In this document: positions 48,657-60,004 of the stretch, in pieces
Layout: the number at the start of each line of letters is the position of its first letter
How positions within the stretch are numbered: the first letter of the stretch is position 1
Source: Reyranella sp.
Lineage (GTDB): Bacteria; Pseudomonadota; Alphaproteobacteria; Reyranellales; Reyranellaceae
NCBI RefSeq assembly: GCF_965227665.1
Contig: NZ_OZ245767.1
Span: 1,955,638-2,019,637, forward strand
Direction of reading: 5' to 3'
DNA: 64,000 nucleotides
Notes under the pieces: generated by a model
What the model saw: only the letters and a program-made list of their open reading frames with translations
Told to the model about the DNA's origin: nothing
The model's database searches: none
Position numbers and translations under genes: made by a program

Positions 48657-48962
48657 ATGAATATCGAGGTCCTGCGTCTTGCCGGTTCGCTCGCTGTGGC
48701 GGGCACCGTCATGCTCACCGCCTCCGCAGCGATGGCCGGCGACTGGAAGAAGGGCCGGGGGCACCACAAGCATCATCACCATCACCACTATGATCGCGAG
48801 GTCGTGGTCGTGCAGCCGCCGCCCCGCGTCTACTACGCGCCTCGCCCCGTGGCCGTTTACCCGGCGCCCGTCTATGCCCCGCCGGTGGCCTACGCCCCTG
48901 CCTACGGGCCTGCCTATCCCGGCGGCAATCTCAGCATCGGCGTGAACGTCCCGCTGCGTTAA
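48657..48962 (+). CDS. small secreted His-rich / Pro-Tyr-Ala-rich protein
   Basis: ATG 48657 with AAAGGAGA 9 nt upstream. It has a signal peptide (…LTASAAMA), then GHHKHHHHHHYD, then repeated (V)YAP-type low complexity. 101 aa. It is the last 101 codons of ORF 47223..48962. Confidence 0.6.
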   Translation: MNIEVLRLAGSLAVAGTVMLTASAAMAGDWKKGRGHHKHHHHHHYDREVVVVQPPPRVYYAPRPVAVYPAPVYAPPVAYAPAYGPAYPGGNLSIGVNVPLR

Positions 48963-50957
<1,995 letters not shown>

Positions 50958-51093
50958 CGGTACCGCCGCTTCAAGGCGGGCGATAGCATCGGGGCGTGCG
51001 GGAGACCTTCCGCGCGCCCCGCAACGACCATGGACTGAAGAAGTGGCGCTTCCCGATCCTGTTGCGACACGCCGGCGGGCCGAAGGCCCGTTC

Positions 51094-51312
51094 ATGCGCG
51101 GCGCCCGTCACGTCTGGAACGCCGCGATTTCCCTCACGCTGGGCGCGATGATCGGCATCCTCGGCCACCAGTTCGTGGGCGATGCGGTGACCCGCCTGTG
51201 GCCCGACCAGGCGATGATCGCCGATCTCGTGCGTGCCACATTCTGGACACTCGGTATCGCTGCGACCGGCGTGTTGTTCTTCTCCTACTATCTCGACGAC
51301 ACGGGCCGATAG
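51094..51312 (+). CDS. possible small two-TM membrane protein
   Basis: MRGARHVWNAAISLTLGAMIGILGHQF...TFWTLGIAATGVLFFSYY. A short ORF in high-GC DNA, so weakly supported. Confidence 0.3.
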   Translation: MRGARHVWNAAISLTLGAMIGILGHQFVGDAVTRLWPDQAMIADLVRATFWTLGIAATGVLFFSYYLDDTGR

Positions 51313-51328
51313 CGCGTAGAACGGCCTC

Positions 51329-52978
51329 ATGGCCAAAGCGAAAAAGACCGCCCCCAAATCCTCCCCGAAGAAGCCGGCTGCGAAGAAGTCGGCAAAGCCC
51401 GCCACCCGGAAGGTGGTGAAGAAGGCCGCGCCCAAGAAGGCAGCGCCTGAGAAGCTAGTGCCTAAGAAGGTCGCGCCGAAGAAGGCTGCTCCAAAGAAAG
51501 CCGCTCCGAAGAAGATCGAGAAGGTGGCTCCGAAGGTCGCCAAGCGCCCGGCGCCAAAGATCGCGAAATCGCCCGCGCGCAAGCCTGTGCCGAAACCCGT
51601 CACCAAGGCGGCCGTGAAGATCGCGCGCAACACGCACCCAGCCGGCGCACTCGACCCCAATCTCCTGTCCGACCTGCTGAAGTGGGCGAAGGACTTCGGC
51701 GCGGACGCGGCCGACGCGCTCTACGTCAACGGCGAGTCGATCTCGGTCGCGCAGCGGCTGGGCAAGCGCGAGAAGCTCGAAAGCAGCGAGGGCCGCGACC
51801 TCGGCCTGCGCGTGTTCGTGGGCAAGCGCCAGGCCTTCGTCTCCTCGACCGACTTCGCGCCGGCCTCGCTGCGGGAACTGGCGAGCCGCGCGGTCGACAT
51901 GGCGCGCGCCGTGCCGGAAGACCCGGTCTGCGGCCTCGCGCCCGAGGAATTGCTGGCCCGCTCGTGGCCCGACCTCGACCTCGACGACAGGACGCGCCCG
52001 ACGGCCAAGAAGCTGATCGCCATGGCCTCCGAGGCCGAGGATGCGGCACGCGCCGTGAAGGGCGTGACCAATTCCGAAGGCGCCGAGGCCGGCTGGGGCC
52101 GCACCTCGGTGATGCTGGCGGCCAGCAACGGCTTCTCGGGCGGCTACAGCCGCAGCGGCTTCTCGCTGTCCTGCTCGGTGCTGGGCGGCGAAGGCACAGG
52201 CATGGAGCGCGACTATGAATGGACCAGCGCGGTCCATCTCGAGGACCTGATGTCGGCCGCCAAGGTCGGCCGCAACGCCGGCAAGTTCGTGGTGCGCCGC
52301 CTCAACCCGCGCAAGGCGCAGAGCGCGCGCGTGCCGGTGATCTACGATCGCCGCGTCTCGGGCGGCCTGATCGGCCATCTCGCCGGCGCCATCAACGGTC
52401 GCGCCGTGGCGCGCGGCACCTCGTTCCTGAAGGACAAGATGGGCGAGCGCGTGTTCGCCGAGGGCATCCGCATCCTGGACAATCCCCTGCGCAAGCGCGG
52501 GCTGGGCAGCCGCCCGTTCGACGCCGAGGGCCTGGCGACCTCGCGCCGCGCGGTGATCGACGACGGCGTGCTGACCACCTGGCTGCTCGACCTCGCGGCC
52601 GCACGCCAGCTCAACCTCAAGCCGACCGGCCACGCCTCGCGCGGCGTCTCCGGTCCGCCCTCGCCCACGACCTCGAATTTCTATCTCGAGAAGGGCAAGC
52701 TGTCGGTGAAGGAGCTGATCGGCGACATCAAGAGCGGCCTCTACATCACCGACATGATCGGCTTCGGTGTCAACGGCGTGACCGGCGACTACAGCCGCGG
52801 CGCCTCGGGCTTCTGGATCGAGAACGGCGAGCTTGCCTGGCCGGTGAGCGGCATCACCGTCGCCGGCAATCTGAAGGACATGTTCCTCAACATGACGGCC
52901 GCCAACGACCTCGAATTCAAGAGCTCGACCAACGCCCCGACCGTGAGAATTGAAGGGCTGACCGTCGCCGGCTCGTGA
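51329..52978 (+). CDS. pmbA: PmbA/TldE-family metalloprotease, in frame with a ~105-aa Lys/Ala/Pro-rich N-terminal extension
   Basis: From about residue 108 (LDPNLLSDLLKWAKDFGADAADALYV...) the sequence is PmbA-like to the end. Residues 1-105 are KKAAPKK-type repeats in the same frame. An alternative start at GTG 51614 (AAGG upstream) would remove the extension. Confidence 0.8.
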   Translation: MAKAKKTAPKSSPKKPAAKKSAKPATRKVVKKAAPKKAAPEKLVPKKVAPKKAAPKKAAPKKIEKVAPKVAKRPAPKIAKSPARKPVPKPVTKAAVKIARNTHPAGALDPNLLSDLLKWAKDFGADAADALYVNGESISVAQRLGKREKLESSEGRDLGLRVFVGKRQAFVSSTDFAPASLRELASRAVDMARAVPEDPVCGLAPEELLARSWPDLDLDDRTRPTAKKLIAMASEAEDAARAVKGVTNSEGAEAGWGRTSVMLAASNGFSGGYSRSGFSLSCSVLGGEGTGMERDYEWTSAVHLEDLMSAAKVGRNAGKFVVRRLNPRKAQSARVPVIYDRRVSGGLIGHLAGAINGRAVARGTSFLKDKMGERVFAEGIRILDNPLRKRGLGSRPFDAEGLATSRRAVIDDGVLTTWLLDLAAARQLNLKPTGHASRGVSGPPSPTTSNFYLEKGKLSVKELIGDIKSGLYITDMIGFGVNGVTGDYSRGASGFWIENGELAWPVSGITVAGNLKDMFLNMTAANDLEFKSSTNAPTVRIEGLTVAGS

Positions 52979-52991
52979 TAAACTGTCGGGC

Positions 52992-54212
52992 ATGACCTTC
53001 ATGCCCAATGCACGAATTCTCGCCGCAACGACGGCGCTTATCTGCAGCCCCGCCTTCCTCGGGGCTGCGCCCGCGCAAGCCCAGGATGGCGGCTTCCGCG
53101 ACTGCCTGGCCGGCATCAAGGCCGATGCGCTGAAGCAGGGCGTACCGGCATCGGTCATCGATGGCGCCTTCCAGGGACTGACGCCCGACCAGAAGGTCGT
53201 CGATCTCGACAACCGCCAGCCCGAATTCTCGCTGACCTATGCCAAGTATGTCGGCGGCACGGTTTCGCTCGATCGCATCCAGAAGGGTCAGCAGAAGATG
53301 GCGCAGCACCGCGCCCTGCTCGACCAGCTGCAGGCCGAATACGGTATCCCGCCGCAATACATCATGGCCTTCTGGGGCATCGAGACCAACTACGGCACCT
53401 ATATGGGCGACTTCCGTGTGGTGCGGTCCGTCGCAACGCTGGCCTGCATGACCAAGCGCCGCGAGTTCTTCAGCAACGAGACGGTCCAGGCGCTGCGCAT
53501 CCTCAACAGCAACCACATGACCAGCGACCAGATGCGCGGCTCGTGGGCCGGCGCCATGGGCAACATGCAGTTCATGCCTTCGACCTTTACCCGGTGGGCG
53601 GTCGACCGCGACGGCAACGGCCGGATCGACATCTGGAACAGCCTGCCCGACGCCTTCGCCTCGGCGTCCAACTACCTGCGCGGCGTCGGCTTCAAGCCCG
53701 GCCTCCCCTCGAGCGAGGAGGTAATGCTGCCCCAGGGATTCCCGCTCGACCAGGCCGACACGACGGTCGAGAAGCCGGTGAAGACCTGGGCGTCGATGGG
53801 CGTCAAGAAGATGAACGGCGGTGCGCTGCCCGCGGTCGACGACGCCGCCTCGATCCTGCTGCCTGCCGGCTTCCGCGGCCCCGCCTTCATCATCTATCCG
53901 AACTTCAAGGCGGTGATGAACTGGAACCGCTCGACGCTCTACGCCCTGTCAGTCGGCATCCTGGCCCGCCAGATCGCCGGCGGCCCGCCGGTGCAACAGC
54001 AGGCCCCGGCGGACGATGCGCCGATCTCGCGCAACACGGTGATCGACATGCAGATGCGCCTGGCGCGTCTCGGCCTCTACAAGGACGAGGCCGACGGGCT
54101 GTTGGGCCCCAAGACCCGTTCGGCCCTGCGCCTGTTCCAGCAGCAGCAGGCGCTGCCGGCCGACGGCCATCCGACGCAGGAGTCGGTACGCCGCCTGCAG
54201 GCCGTCCAGTAA
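52992..54212 (+). CDS. lytic murein transglycosylase (MltB-like) with C-terminal peptidoglycan-binding domain
   Basis: A signal peptide is followed by QPEFSLTYAKY, FWGIETNYG and GAMGNMQFMPSTF. The C-terminus carries a PG_binding-type repeat (LGLYKDEADGLLGPKTRSALRLFQ). Confidence 0.85.
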   Translation: MTFMPNARILAATTALICSPAFLGAAPAQAQDGGFRDCLAGIKADALKQGVPASVIDGAFQGLTPDQKVVDLDNRQPEFSLTYAKYVGGTVSLDRIQKGQQKMAQHRALLDQLQAEYGIPPQYIMAFWGIETNYGTYMGDFRVVRSVATLACMTKRREFFSNETVQALRILNSNHMTSDQMRGSWAGAMGNMQFMPSTFTRWAVDRDGNGRIDIWNSLPDAFASASNYLRGVGFKPGLPSSEEVMLPQGFPLDQADTTVEKPVKTWASMGVKKMNGGALPAVDDAASILLPAGFRGPAFIIYPNFKAVMNWNRSTLYALSVGILARQIAGGPPVQQQAPADDAPISRNTVIDMQMRLARLGLYKDEADGLLGPKTRSALRLFQQQQALPADGHPTQESVRRLQAVQ

Positions 54213-54219
54213 CGGCGCC

Positions 54220-55155
54220 TTAGGCCGGCCTCAGCAGACGCACCGTTTCGGTCGAGAGACCGATCGACACGGGCAGGGTCAGCGCGTCGTCGCCGTCGAT
54301 CTGGACCGGCTGGCGACGCCGTTCGCCGGCATCGTTCAGGACCGAGATCCTGACCTCGCGCCCGGCGACGACACGATAACCGGGTGTCTTCGGCAGCGTG
54401 CCAAGCACCAGTGCCGCGCCGAAGCGCAGAGCGTGCACCCAGCCCCAGCGCTCGAACAGGCAAACATGCAACAGCGGGGCATCGAGCGACGCTTCCGGCG
54501 CCACGACATAGGGGCCGGCATAGTGGCGGGCGTGCGTCACGATCACTGACGCGGCCTCGTGACGAACACCGTCGATCTCGACGGCATAGCGCACCGGCCG
54601 GTAGCGCCTGGCCTCGATCAGCGAGCGCCAGACATAGGCGATCTTGCCCCAGCGGCGTTTCAGCGGCGCAGTGACGCCCGCCACCACCTTGGCATCGAAG
54701 CCTGCGCCGGCCATCAGGGAGAAGCAACGCGGGCGGCCGACGCCACTGGCCTGGCCCGGATGCATCAGCACCTCGCGGCCGGCCGTGATGGCCTGGGCGA
54801 GCGCTGAGGCGGTCGAGCCCAGTCCCAGCTCGTGCGCCAGCACGTTGGCGGTCCCCAGCGGCACGAGGGCGAGCGGCGGCGCCGTGGCGGCGCGGGCGGC
54901 GAGGCCGTTCACCACCTCGTTGATCGTCCCGTCGCCGCCCGCGACCGCGATCACACCATAGCGTCCGGCATCGCACTGTTCGGCAAGGCGGCGCGCATCG
55001 CCCGGCGCCGCCGTCTCGACGACATCGACCGTCCAGCCCAGGGATCTGACGTGGCGCACGACCGCATCGACCAGCCCGCGGCGGCGCCGGCCAGCCGTCG
55101 GATTGAAAATGAGAAGCACCGATGGGGCAGCGCCGGTGATTGAGGCGAATGTCAT
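54220..55155 (-). CDS. diacylglycerol/lipid kinase family protein (YegS/BmrU-like)
   Basis: LLIFNPTAGRRRRG and VIAVAGGDGTINEV are motifs of the DAGK catalytic domain. Start taken at MTFASITG (55155). Confidence 0.8.
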   Translation of the reverse strand: MTFASITGAAPSVLLIFNPTAGRRRRGLVDAVVRHVRSLGWTVDVVETAAPGDARRLAEQCDAGRYGVIAVAGGDGTINEVVNGLAARAATAPPLALVPLGTANVLAHELGLGSTASALAQAITAGREVLMHPGQASGVGRPRCFSLMAGAGFDAKVVAGVTAPLKRRWGKIAYVWRSLIEARRYRPVRYAVEIDGVRHEAASVIVTHARHYAGPYVVAPEASLDAPLLHVCLFERWGWVHALRFGAALVLGTLPKTPGYRVVAGREVRISVLNDAGERRRQPVQIDGDDALTLPVSIGLSTETVRLLRPA

Positions 55156-55279
55156 CGAACAGTCACAACCGATACACCTCCACGCAACGGCTCCCTTACA
55201 CAATCCCATGCGTACCGTGCAATCTCGCACAACAGATTTAGTGCCGGCCCGACACTATCCACATGACCGTGCCTGTATC

Positions 55280-56092
55280 ATGACGCTCCACGAGCGAAAC
55301 CAGCCCGCCCGTCACAGGGCGATCTTCCTGTCCGACATCCATCTCGGCACGCGCGGCTGCCAGGCCGACTTGCTGCTCGACTTCCTGCGGAAGAACGAGA
55401 GCGAGCATCTCTACCTGGTGGGCGACATCGTCGACGGCTGGCGCCTCAAGCGCTGGTGGTACTGGCCGCAGAGCCACAACGACGTGGTTCAGAAGATCAT
55501 GCGCAAGGCCCGCAAGGGCACCAACGTGGTCTATATCCCCGGCAACCACGACGAAGCCGCCCGGCAATATTGCCAGCTCACCTTCGGCGACGTGCGGGTC
55601 GAGGACGAGGCGATCCACGAGACGCCCGACGGCAGGAAACTGCTGGTGATCCATGGCGATCAGTTCGACGGCATCGTGCGCTACGCGCGCTGGCTCGCCA
55701 TCCTCGGCGACTGGGCCTATGCCGCGGCCCTGCGCCTCAACACGATCTTCAACTGGGGACGGCGCAAGCTCGGCCTGCCCTACTGGTCGCTCTCGGCGTT
55801 CCTGAAGCACCGGGTGAAGAACGCGGTGCAGTTCATCAACGACTACGAGAAGGCGGTGGCAAGCGAAGCCCGGCGCCGCGGCGTCGATGGCGTCGTATGC
55901 GGGCACATCCATCACGCCGAGATGCGCATGATCGACGGCGTGCTCTACTGCAACGATGGCGACTGGGTCGAGAGCTGCACCGCGCTGGTCGAGGATTTCG
56001 ACGGCCGCCTGCGCATCGTCCACTGGGCCGACGAGATGGCCCGCCGCGCCTCGCGCCTGCCGCTGTCCCAAGTTCGACTCGCCGCGGAGTAG
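55280..56092 (+). CDS. LpxH-like metallophosphoesterase (UDP-2,3-diacylglucosamine diphosphatase family)
   Basis: FLSDIHLG, LVGDIVDGW, IPGNHD and CGHIH are calcineurin-like phosphoesterase motifs in the LpxH arrangement. Start taken at MTLHERN (55280). Confidence 0.75.
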   Translation: MTLHERNQPARHRAIFLSDIHLGTRGCQADLLLDFLRKNESEHLYLVGDIVDGWRLKRWWYWPQSHNDVVQKIMRKARKGTNVVYIPGNHDEAARQYCQLTFGDVRVEDEAIHETPDGRKLLVIHGDQFDGIVRYARWLAILGDWAYAAALRLNTIFNWGRRKLGLPYWSLSAFLKHRVKNAVQFINDYEKAVASEARRRGVDGVVCGHIHHAEMRMIDGVLYCNDGDWVESCTALVEDFDGRLRIVHWADEMARRASRLPLSQVRLAAE

Positions 56093-56096
56093 ACGC

Positions 56097-57149
56097 TTGC
56101 GCATCGCCATCGTTTCAGACGCCTGGCGGCCCCAGATCAACGGCGTCGTCCGCACGCTCGAGACGGTGGCGCGCATTCTTCGCGCCGAAGGCCACGAGGT
56201 CGAGGTGTTCGGCCCCGACCGCTTCCGCACCCTGCCCTGTCCGACCTATCCCGAGATCAGGCTGTCGCTGTTTCCGTCCTCGCGGCTCAGCCACATGCTG
56301 CAGCTGTTCGCGCCCGATGCCATCCATATCGTCACCGAGGGGCCGCTCGGCTGGGCAGCGCGCGGCTTCTGCCGGCGCCGCGGCATTCCCTTCACGACCG
56401 CCTATCACACGCGCTTTCCCGAATATGTCCGCGCCCGCATCCGGGTGCCGCTCGCGTGGAGCTACGCCTTCGTGCGCTGGTTCCACGCGCCTTCCGCCGG
56501 GGTGCTGGTCGTGTCGCCGGCGATTCGCGACGAACTGAGCGCGCGCGGCTTCAGGAACCTCGTGCCGTGGTCGCGCGGCGTCGACATCACCGCGTTCAAG
56601 CCGCAGCCGCATGAGGATATCGGCGATCCCCGCCCGATCTGGCTCTACGCCGGCCGCGTCGCCATCGAGAAGAACATCGAGGCCTTCCTCGACCTCGACC
56701 TACCCGGCACCAAATGGGTGGTGGGCGGCGGGCCGCAGCTCAAGTCGCTGCAGCGCCGCTACGCGAATGCACGGTTCTTCGGCTCAGTCGACTCCGCCGA
56801 GCTCTCATATCGCTATGCACAGGCAGACTGCTTCGTCTTCCCGAGCATCACGGACACGTTCGGCCTCGTGATGGTCGAGGCGCTGGCCTCCGGCGTGCCG
56901 GTCGCCGGATATCCCGTGCCCGGACCGCTCGATGTCGTGACCGATTCCAGGGTCGGTGCGCTCGACAAGGATCTGCGCACAGCCTGCCTCGCCGCGGTGT
57001 CGCGCGATCCCAAGGATTGCCGCCGCCATGCGGAAACCTTCACCTGGGAACGCTGTGCGCGGCAGTTCCTGGAGGCGCTGCAGGTCATTCCGCGTCGTCA
57101 CTGGCAGCCCTTGCGCAATCGCGTGCTGCCCGACGCCGCCGCCCCCTGA
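56097..57149 (+). CDS. glycosyltransferase family 4 (GT-B, GT1-like)
   Basis: RIAIVSDAWRPQINGVVRTL at the N-terminus and FVFPSITDTFGLVMVEALASGVPV (E-x7-E region). I propose the in-frame TTG at 56097, 5 nt after the previous stop. Confidence 0.8.
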   Translation: MRIAIVSDAWRPQINGVVRTLETVARILRAEGHEVEVFGPDRFRTLPCPTYPEIRLSLFPSSRLSHMLQLFAPDAIHIVTEGPLGWAARGFCRRRGIPFTTAYHTRFPEYVRARIRVPLAWSYAFVRWFHAPSAGVLVVSPAIRDELSARGFRNLVPWSRGVDITAFKPQPHEDIGDPRPIWLYAGRVAIEKNIEAFLDLDLPGTKWVVGGGPQLKSLQRRYANARFFGSVDSAELSYRYAQADCFVFPSITDTFGLVMVEALASGVPVAGYPVPGPLDVVTDSRVGALDKDLRTACLAAVSRDPKDCRRHAETFTWERCARQFLEALQVIPRRHWQPLRNRVLPDAAAP

Positions 57150-57237
57150 GCGACATATTGCCCCCGTTCATTGTGGGTTGCGGCCCACCCCCGAGGAAGA
57201 GTAGATGCGGCGTCCGCATTCCTGAGGGCAGACCGGC

Positions 57238-57498
57238 ATGGCCATCCAGTACTTCGCCAAAGTGACCGCATCCGACCACGAGGTGCTGCAGCGCATCGTG
57301 AAACACTATCCGCTCAGCTCCTATGCCGACTGGCATCTGAAGGAGATGAGCCGCATGTCCGACTGGCGCAGCCGTCGTCACGCCATCAAGATGGTGCCGG
57401 TGACGCCGCAGGAATTCGAGGAATACTGCAAGGAGAAGGGTGTCCCCAGCGACATCATCACCTTCAAGGCCTTCGTCTGCGAGAAGGGCGGCGGCTGA
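57238..57498 (+). CDS. hypothetical small protein
   Basis: 86-aa ORF with balanced, non-low-complexity composition (MAIQYFAKVTASDHEVLQRIVKHYPLSSYADWHLKEM...). Confidence 0.45.
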   Translation: MAIQYFAKVTASDHEVLQRIVKHYPLSSYADWHLKEMSRMSDWRSRRHAIKMVPVTPQEFEEYCKEKGVPSDIITFKAFVCEKGGG

Positions 57499-57579
57499 TC
57501 GCTCCGCCGATCACCGGCGCGTAACCGGTTGAAGTCATCCGCGGCCTGCCTACGTTCAGGACACCGCAGGAGGACTTCG

Positions 57580-57960
57580 ATGCCAGCCCTCAATCACCTG
57601 ATCGTCCACGCGAAGGACAAGGATGCGTCGGCCGAGTTCCTGGCCGGCATCCTGGGCGTCGAAGCCGGCCCGCAATGGGGTCCGTTCCGCCCGGTGCAGA
57701 TGTCGAACGGCGTTACCCTCGACTTCATCGGCACGCCCCATCCCAGCACGACCCACTACGCCTTCCTCGTCGACGACGCGGAATTCGATGCCTCGTTTGC
57801 GCGGATCCGGCACGCCGGCATCCCCTACTACGCCCATCCCAACAAGAGCGGCCCGGGGGAGATCAACCATCTCTACGGGGGCCGGGGTGTCTATTTCGAG
57901 GATCCCTGCGGCCACATGCTCGAACTCATCACCACACCCTACGGCGATTCTCCGGCTTAG
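57580..57960 (+). CDS. VOC (glyoxalase/bleomycin-resistance) family protein
   Basis: LNHLIVHAKDKDASAEFLAGILG, HYAFLVDDAEFD, YFEDPCGHMLELI. Confidence 0.75.
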   Translation: MPALNHLIVHAKDKDASAEFLAGILGVEAGPQWGPFRPVQMSNGVTLDFIGTPHPSTTHYAFLVDDAEFDASFARIRHAGIPYYAHPNKSGPGEINHLYGGRGVYFEDPCGHMLELITTPYGDSPA

Positions 57961-57981
57961 GGCTTCAAAAGGATTTACGAC

Positions 57982-58386
57982 ATGGGCAAACGCGACGCGG
58001 TCTTCCCGGCGAACGGCCGGCACGCCCTCTACAACGCTCACAAATATTCCCCGGCCATCCGCTCGGGCGATCTTCTCTTCGTGTCGGGGCAGGTCGGCAG
58101 CCGCGACGACGGATCGCCAGAACCGGTCTTCGAGAATCAGGTCCGGCGGGCCTTCACCAATCTGCGCGCGGTGCTGGCGGCCGCCGGCTGCACGTTCGAC
58201 GACGTGGTGGACGTCACCTCCTTCCACACCAACCCCGAAGCGCAATTCGAGACGGTGATGAAGGTGCGCGACGAGGAGATCGGTGAGGCGCCCTATCCGA
58301 ACTGGACGGCGGTCGGCGTCACCTGGCTGGCGGGCTTCGACTTCGAGCTCAAGGTCATCGCCCGCATTCCCTCGGCGGCGGCCTAG
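57982..58386 (+). CDS. RidA/YjgF family protein
   Basis: YSPAIRSGDLLFVSGQVG, VVDVTSFH and NWTAVGVTWL are RidA-like. Confidence 0.8.
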   Translation: MGKRDAVFPANGRHALYNAHKYSPAIRSGDLLFVSGQVGSRDDGSPEPVFENQVRRAFTNLRAVLAAAGCTFDDVVDVTSFHTNPEAQFETVMKVRDEEIGEAPYPNWTAVGVTWLAGFDFELKVIARIPSAAA

Positions 58387-58817
58387 TACTGCGCCGCGCG
58401 GCTACCGCTCATCACGCCCGCCTGCCCCGAGCCCGGGTCGGTCTCGCGAATGCTGCAGACATACTGGCCGGGCAGCATCTGCACATCGACGTAGCGGATG
58501 TTGCCGGGCGCGATCTCGATGTTCATCGCATTGGCCGAACCGCCACCGCGGCAGCGTAGCGTGTAGGGGCCCGCGGCCAGTTCCGTGCGCATCCAGGTCT
58601 GCGTGCCGAGACGCCCGATCTCCTGGCCGTTCGCCGTGACGTTGAGCACCGGGCTTGCCGTCGACGGATTGAAGAAATAGACCGCACCCATGCCGGGCGG
58701 CGGCGGCGCGAACTGCTTGCCGGCAATGTCCTGGCCCGGCGGCGCCATCGCCACGTTCGAGCCTTCGCAAGCGGCCAGGCCGAGCATCAGCAGCACGGCG
58801 ATCGATGAAACACGCAT
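58383..58817 (-). CDS. lipoprotein (DUF2846-like)
   Basis: Lipobox MRVSSIAVLLMLGLAAC and a strong GAGGAGG RBS. 144 aa. Its stop overlaps the RidA stop convergently (CTAG). Confidence 0.65.
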   Translation of the reverse strand: MRVSSIAVLLMLGLAACEGSNVAMAPPGQDIAGKQFAPPPPGMGAVYFFNPSTASPVLNVTANGQEIGRLGTQTWMRTELAAGPYTLRCRGGGSANAMNIEIAPGNIRYVDVQMLPGQYVCSIRETDPGSGQAGVMSGSRAAQY

Positions 58818-58827
58818 TAGAACCTCC

Positions 58828-59559
58828 TCACCCGCCGGCAGGCTCACCGGCCTTGATCCAAGCCTGATAGAGTTTCTTCGTCTCGTCGTTCGGCGGATAG
58901 GTGCCGGCGATGGGATGGCCCTGCCCCACCCGGATCGCGACGAACTTCTCCAGCCGTTCCTGCTCGAAGGAATCGCGCGCCACCTCGTCGGCGAGATGGC
59001 GGGGCACGACGATGGCGCCGTCCTCGTCGGCCACAATGACGTCGCCGGGATAGACGGGGACGCCGCGGATGCCGACCGGCACCTGCACTTCCACGGGCCG
59101 CAGGTTGGCCATGCTGGGCGGCGCGGCGGCGGCACGGCAATAGACCGGAAAGTCGAACGTGCCGATCACCGGCGAATCGCGCATCGCCCCGTCGCTCAGC
59201 ACGCCCGCGAGCCCGCGCACCTTGAGCCGCAGCGCCAGGATGTCGCCCAGCGTGCCGGAGCGCGTGTTGCCCTCGGTGCCGATCACCAGCACGGAACCCG
59301 GCGGCGATTCCTCGATCGCCGTGCGTTGCGCATTCGGCGGATCGCTGGGGCTCGGCGCCTTGTCGATATCCTCGCGGCTGGGAATGTAGCGCAGCGTATA
59401 GGCCGGCCCGACGATCCGCGCCGCCGCCGGATTAAGCGGCTTGACCCCGTTCACCGCGACGTTGCGAAAGCCCCGCTTCAACATCTGCATCGAGACGGTC
59501 GCCGTGCTCGCATACAGGAAGTTCTTGATCGTCTCGGCCGAAAGCGGTTCAGCGGTCAT
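58828..59559 (-). CDS. RraA family protein (RraA / 4-hydroxy-4-methyl-2-oxoglutarate aldolase-like)
   Basis: GSVLVIGTEGNTRSGTLGDILALRLKVRGLAGVLSDGAMRD and GDVIVADEDGAIVVP. Confidence 0.75.
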   Translation of the reverse strand: MTAEPLSAETIKNFLYASTATVSMQMLKRGFRNVAVNGVKPLNPAAARIVGPAYTLRYIPSREDIDKAPSPSDPPNAQRTAIEESPPGSVLVIGTEGNTRSGTLGDILALRLKVRGLAGVLSDGAMRDSPVIGTFDFPVYCRAAAAPPSMANLRPVEVQVPVGIRGVPVYPGDVIVADEDGAIVVPRHLADEVARDSFEQERLEKFVAIRVGQGHPIAGTYPPNDETKKLYQAWIKAGEPAGG

Positions 59560-59592
59560 TGGCGCCCTCTCCTCGATTCATCGAGGAAAACT

Positions 59593-59943
59593 TCAATCGA
59601 AGCGCCCCTCCATCTCGGGACGATACAGCGCCTCGAAAATCGTTTCGACCACGGAGTCGGTGCGGGACAGCACGTCGCCATTCCAGAAGCGCAGCACGCG
59701 AAAACCGGTCGACCGCAGGAAGGCATCGCGGTTGGCGTCGTACCGTACGTCCGTCACGTGCTGGCTGCCATCGAGTTCGACGACGACCGCAGCCTCGAGG
59801 CAGACGAAATCGCAGATGTAGCGGCCGATTGGGTGCTGGCGGCGGAACCTGAAGCCGTTGAGTTGACGACGTCGGAGGCGGTTCCACAGGACACGCTCGG
59901 GTTCGGTGGCGTTGTTGCGGAGGTCCTGGGCGTAGCTCTTCAT
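59593..59943 (-). CDS. DUF559 (Vsr-like) endonuclease domain protein
   Basis: ATEPERVLWNRLRRRQLNGFRFRRQHPIGRYICDFVCLEAAVVVELDGSQH...RVLRFWN is canonical DUF559. Confidence 0.85.
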   Translation of the reverse strand: MKSYAQDLRNNATEPERVLWNRLRRRQLNGFRFRRQHPIGRYICDFVCLEAAVVVELDGSQHVTDVRYDANRDAFLRSTGFRVLRFWNGDVLSRTDSVVETIFEALYRPEMEGRFD

Positions 59944-60004
59944 CTCGTCAGTGAAACGCTACGAATGGACGAAATTATGACGAGTAGACAATCATGGGTT
60001 GCTC

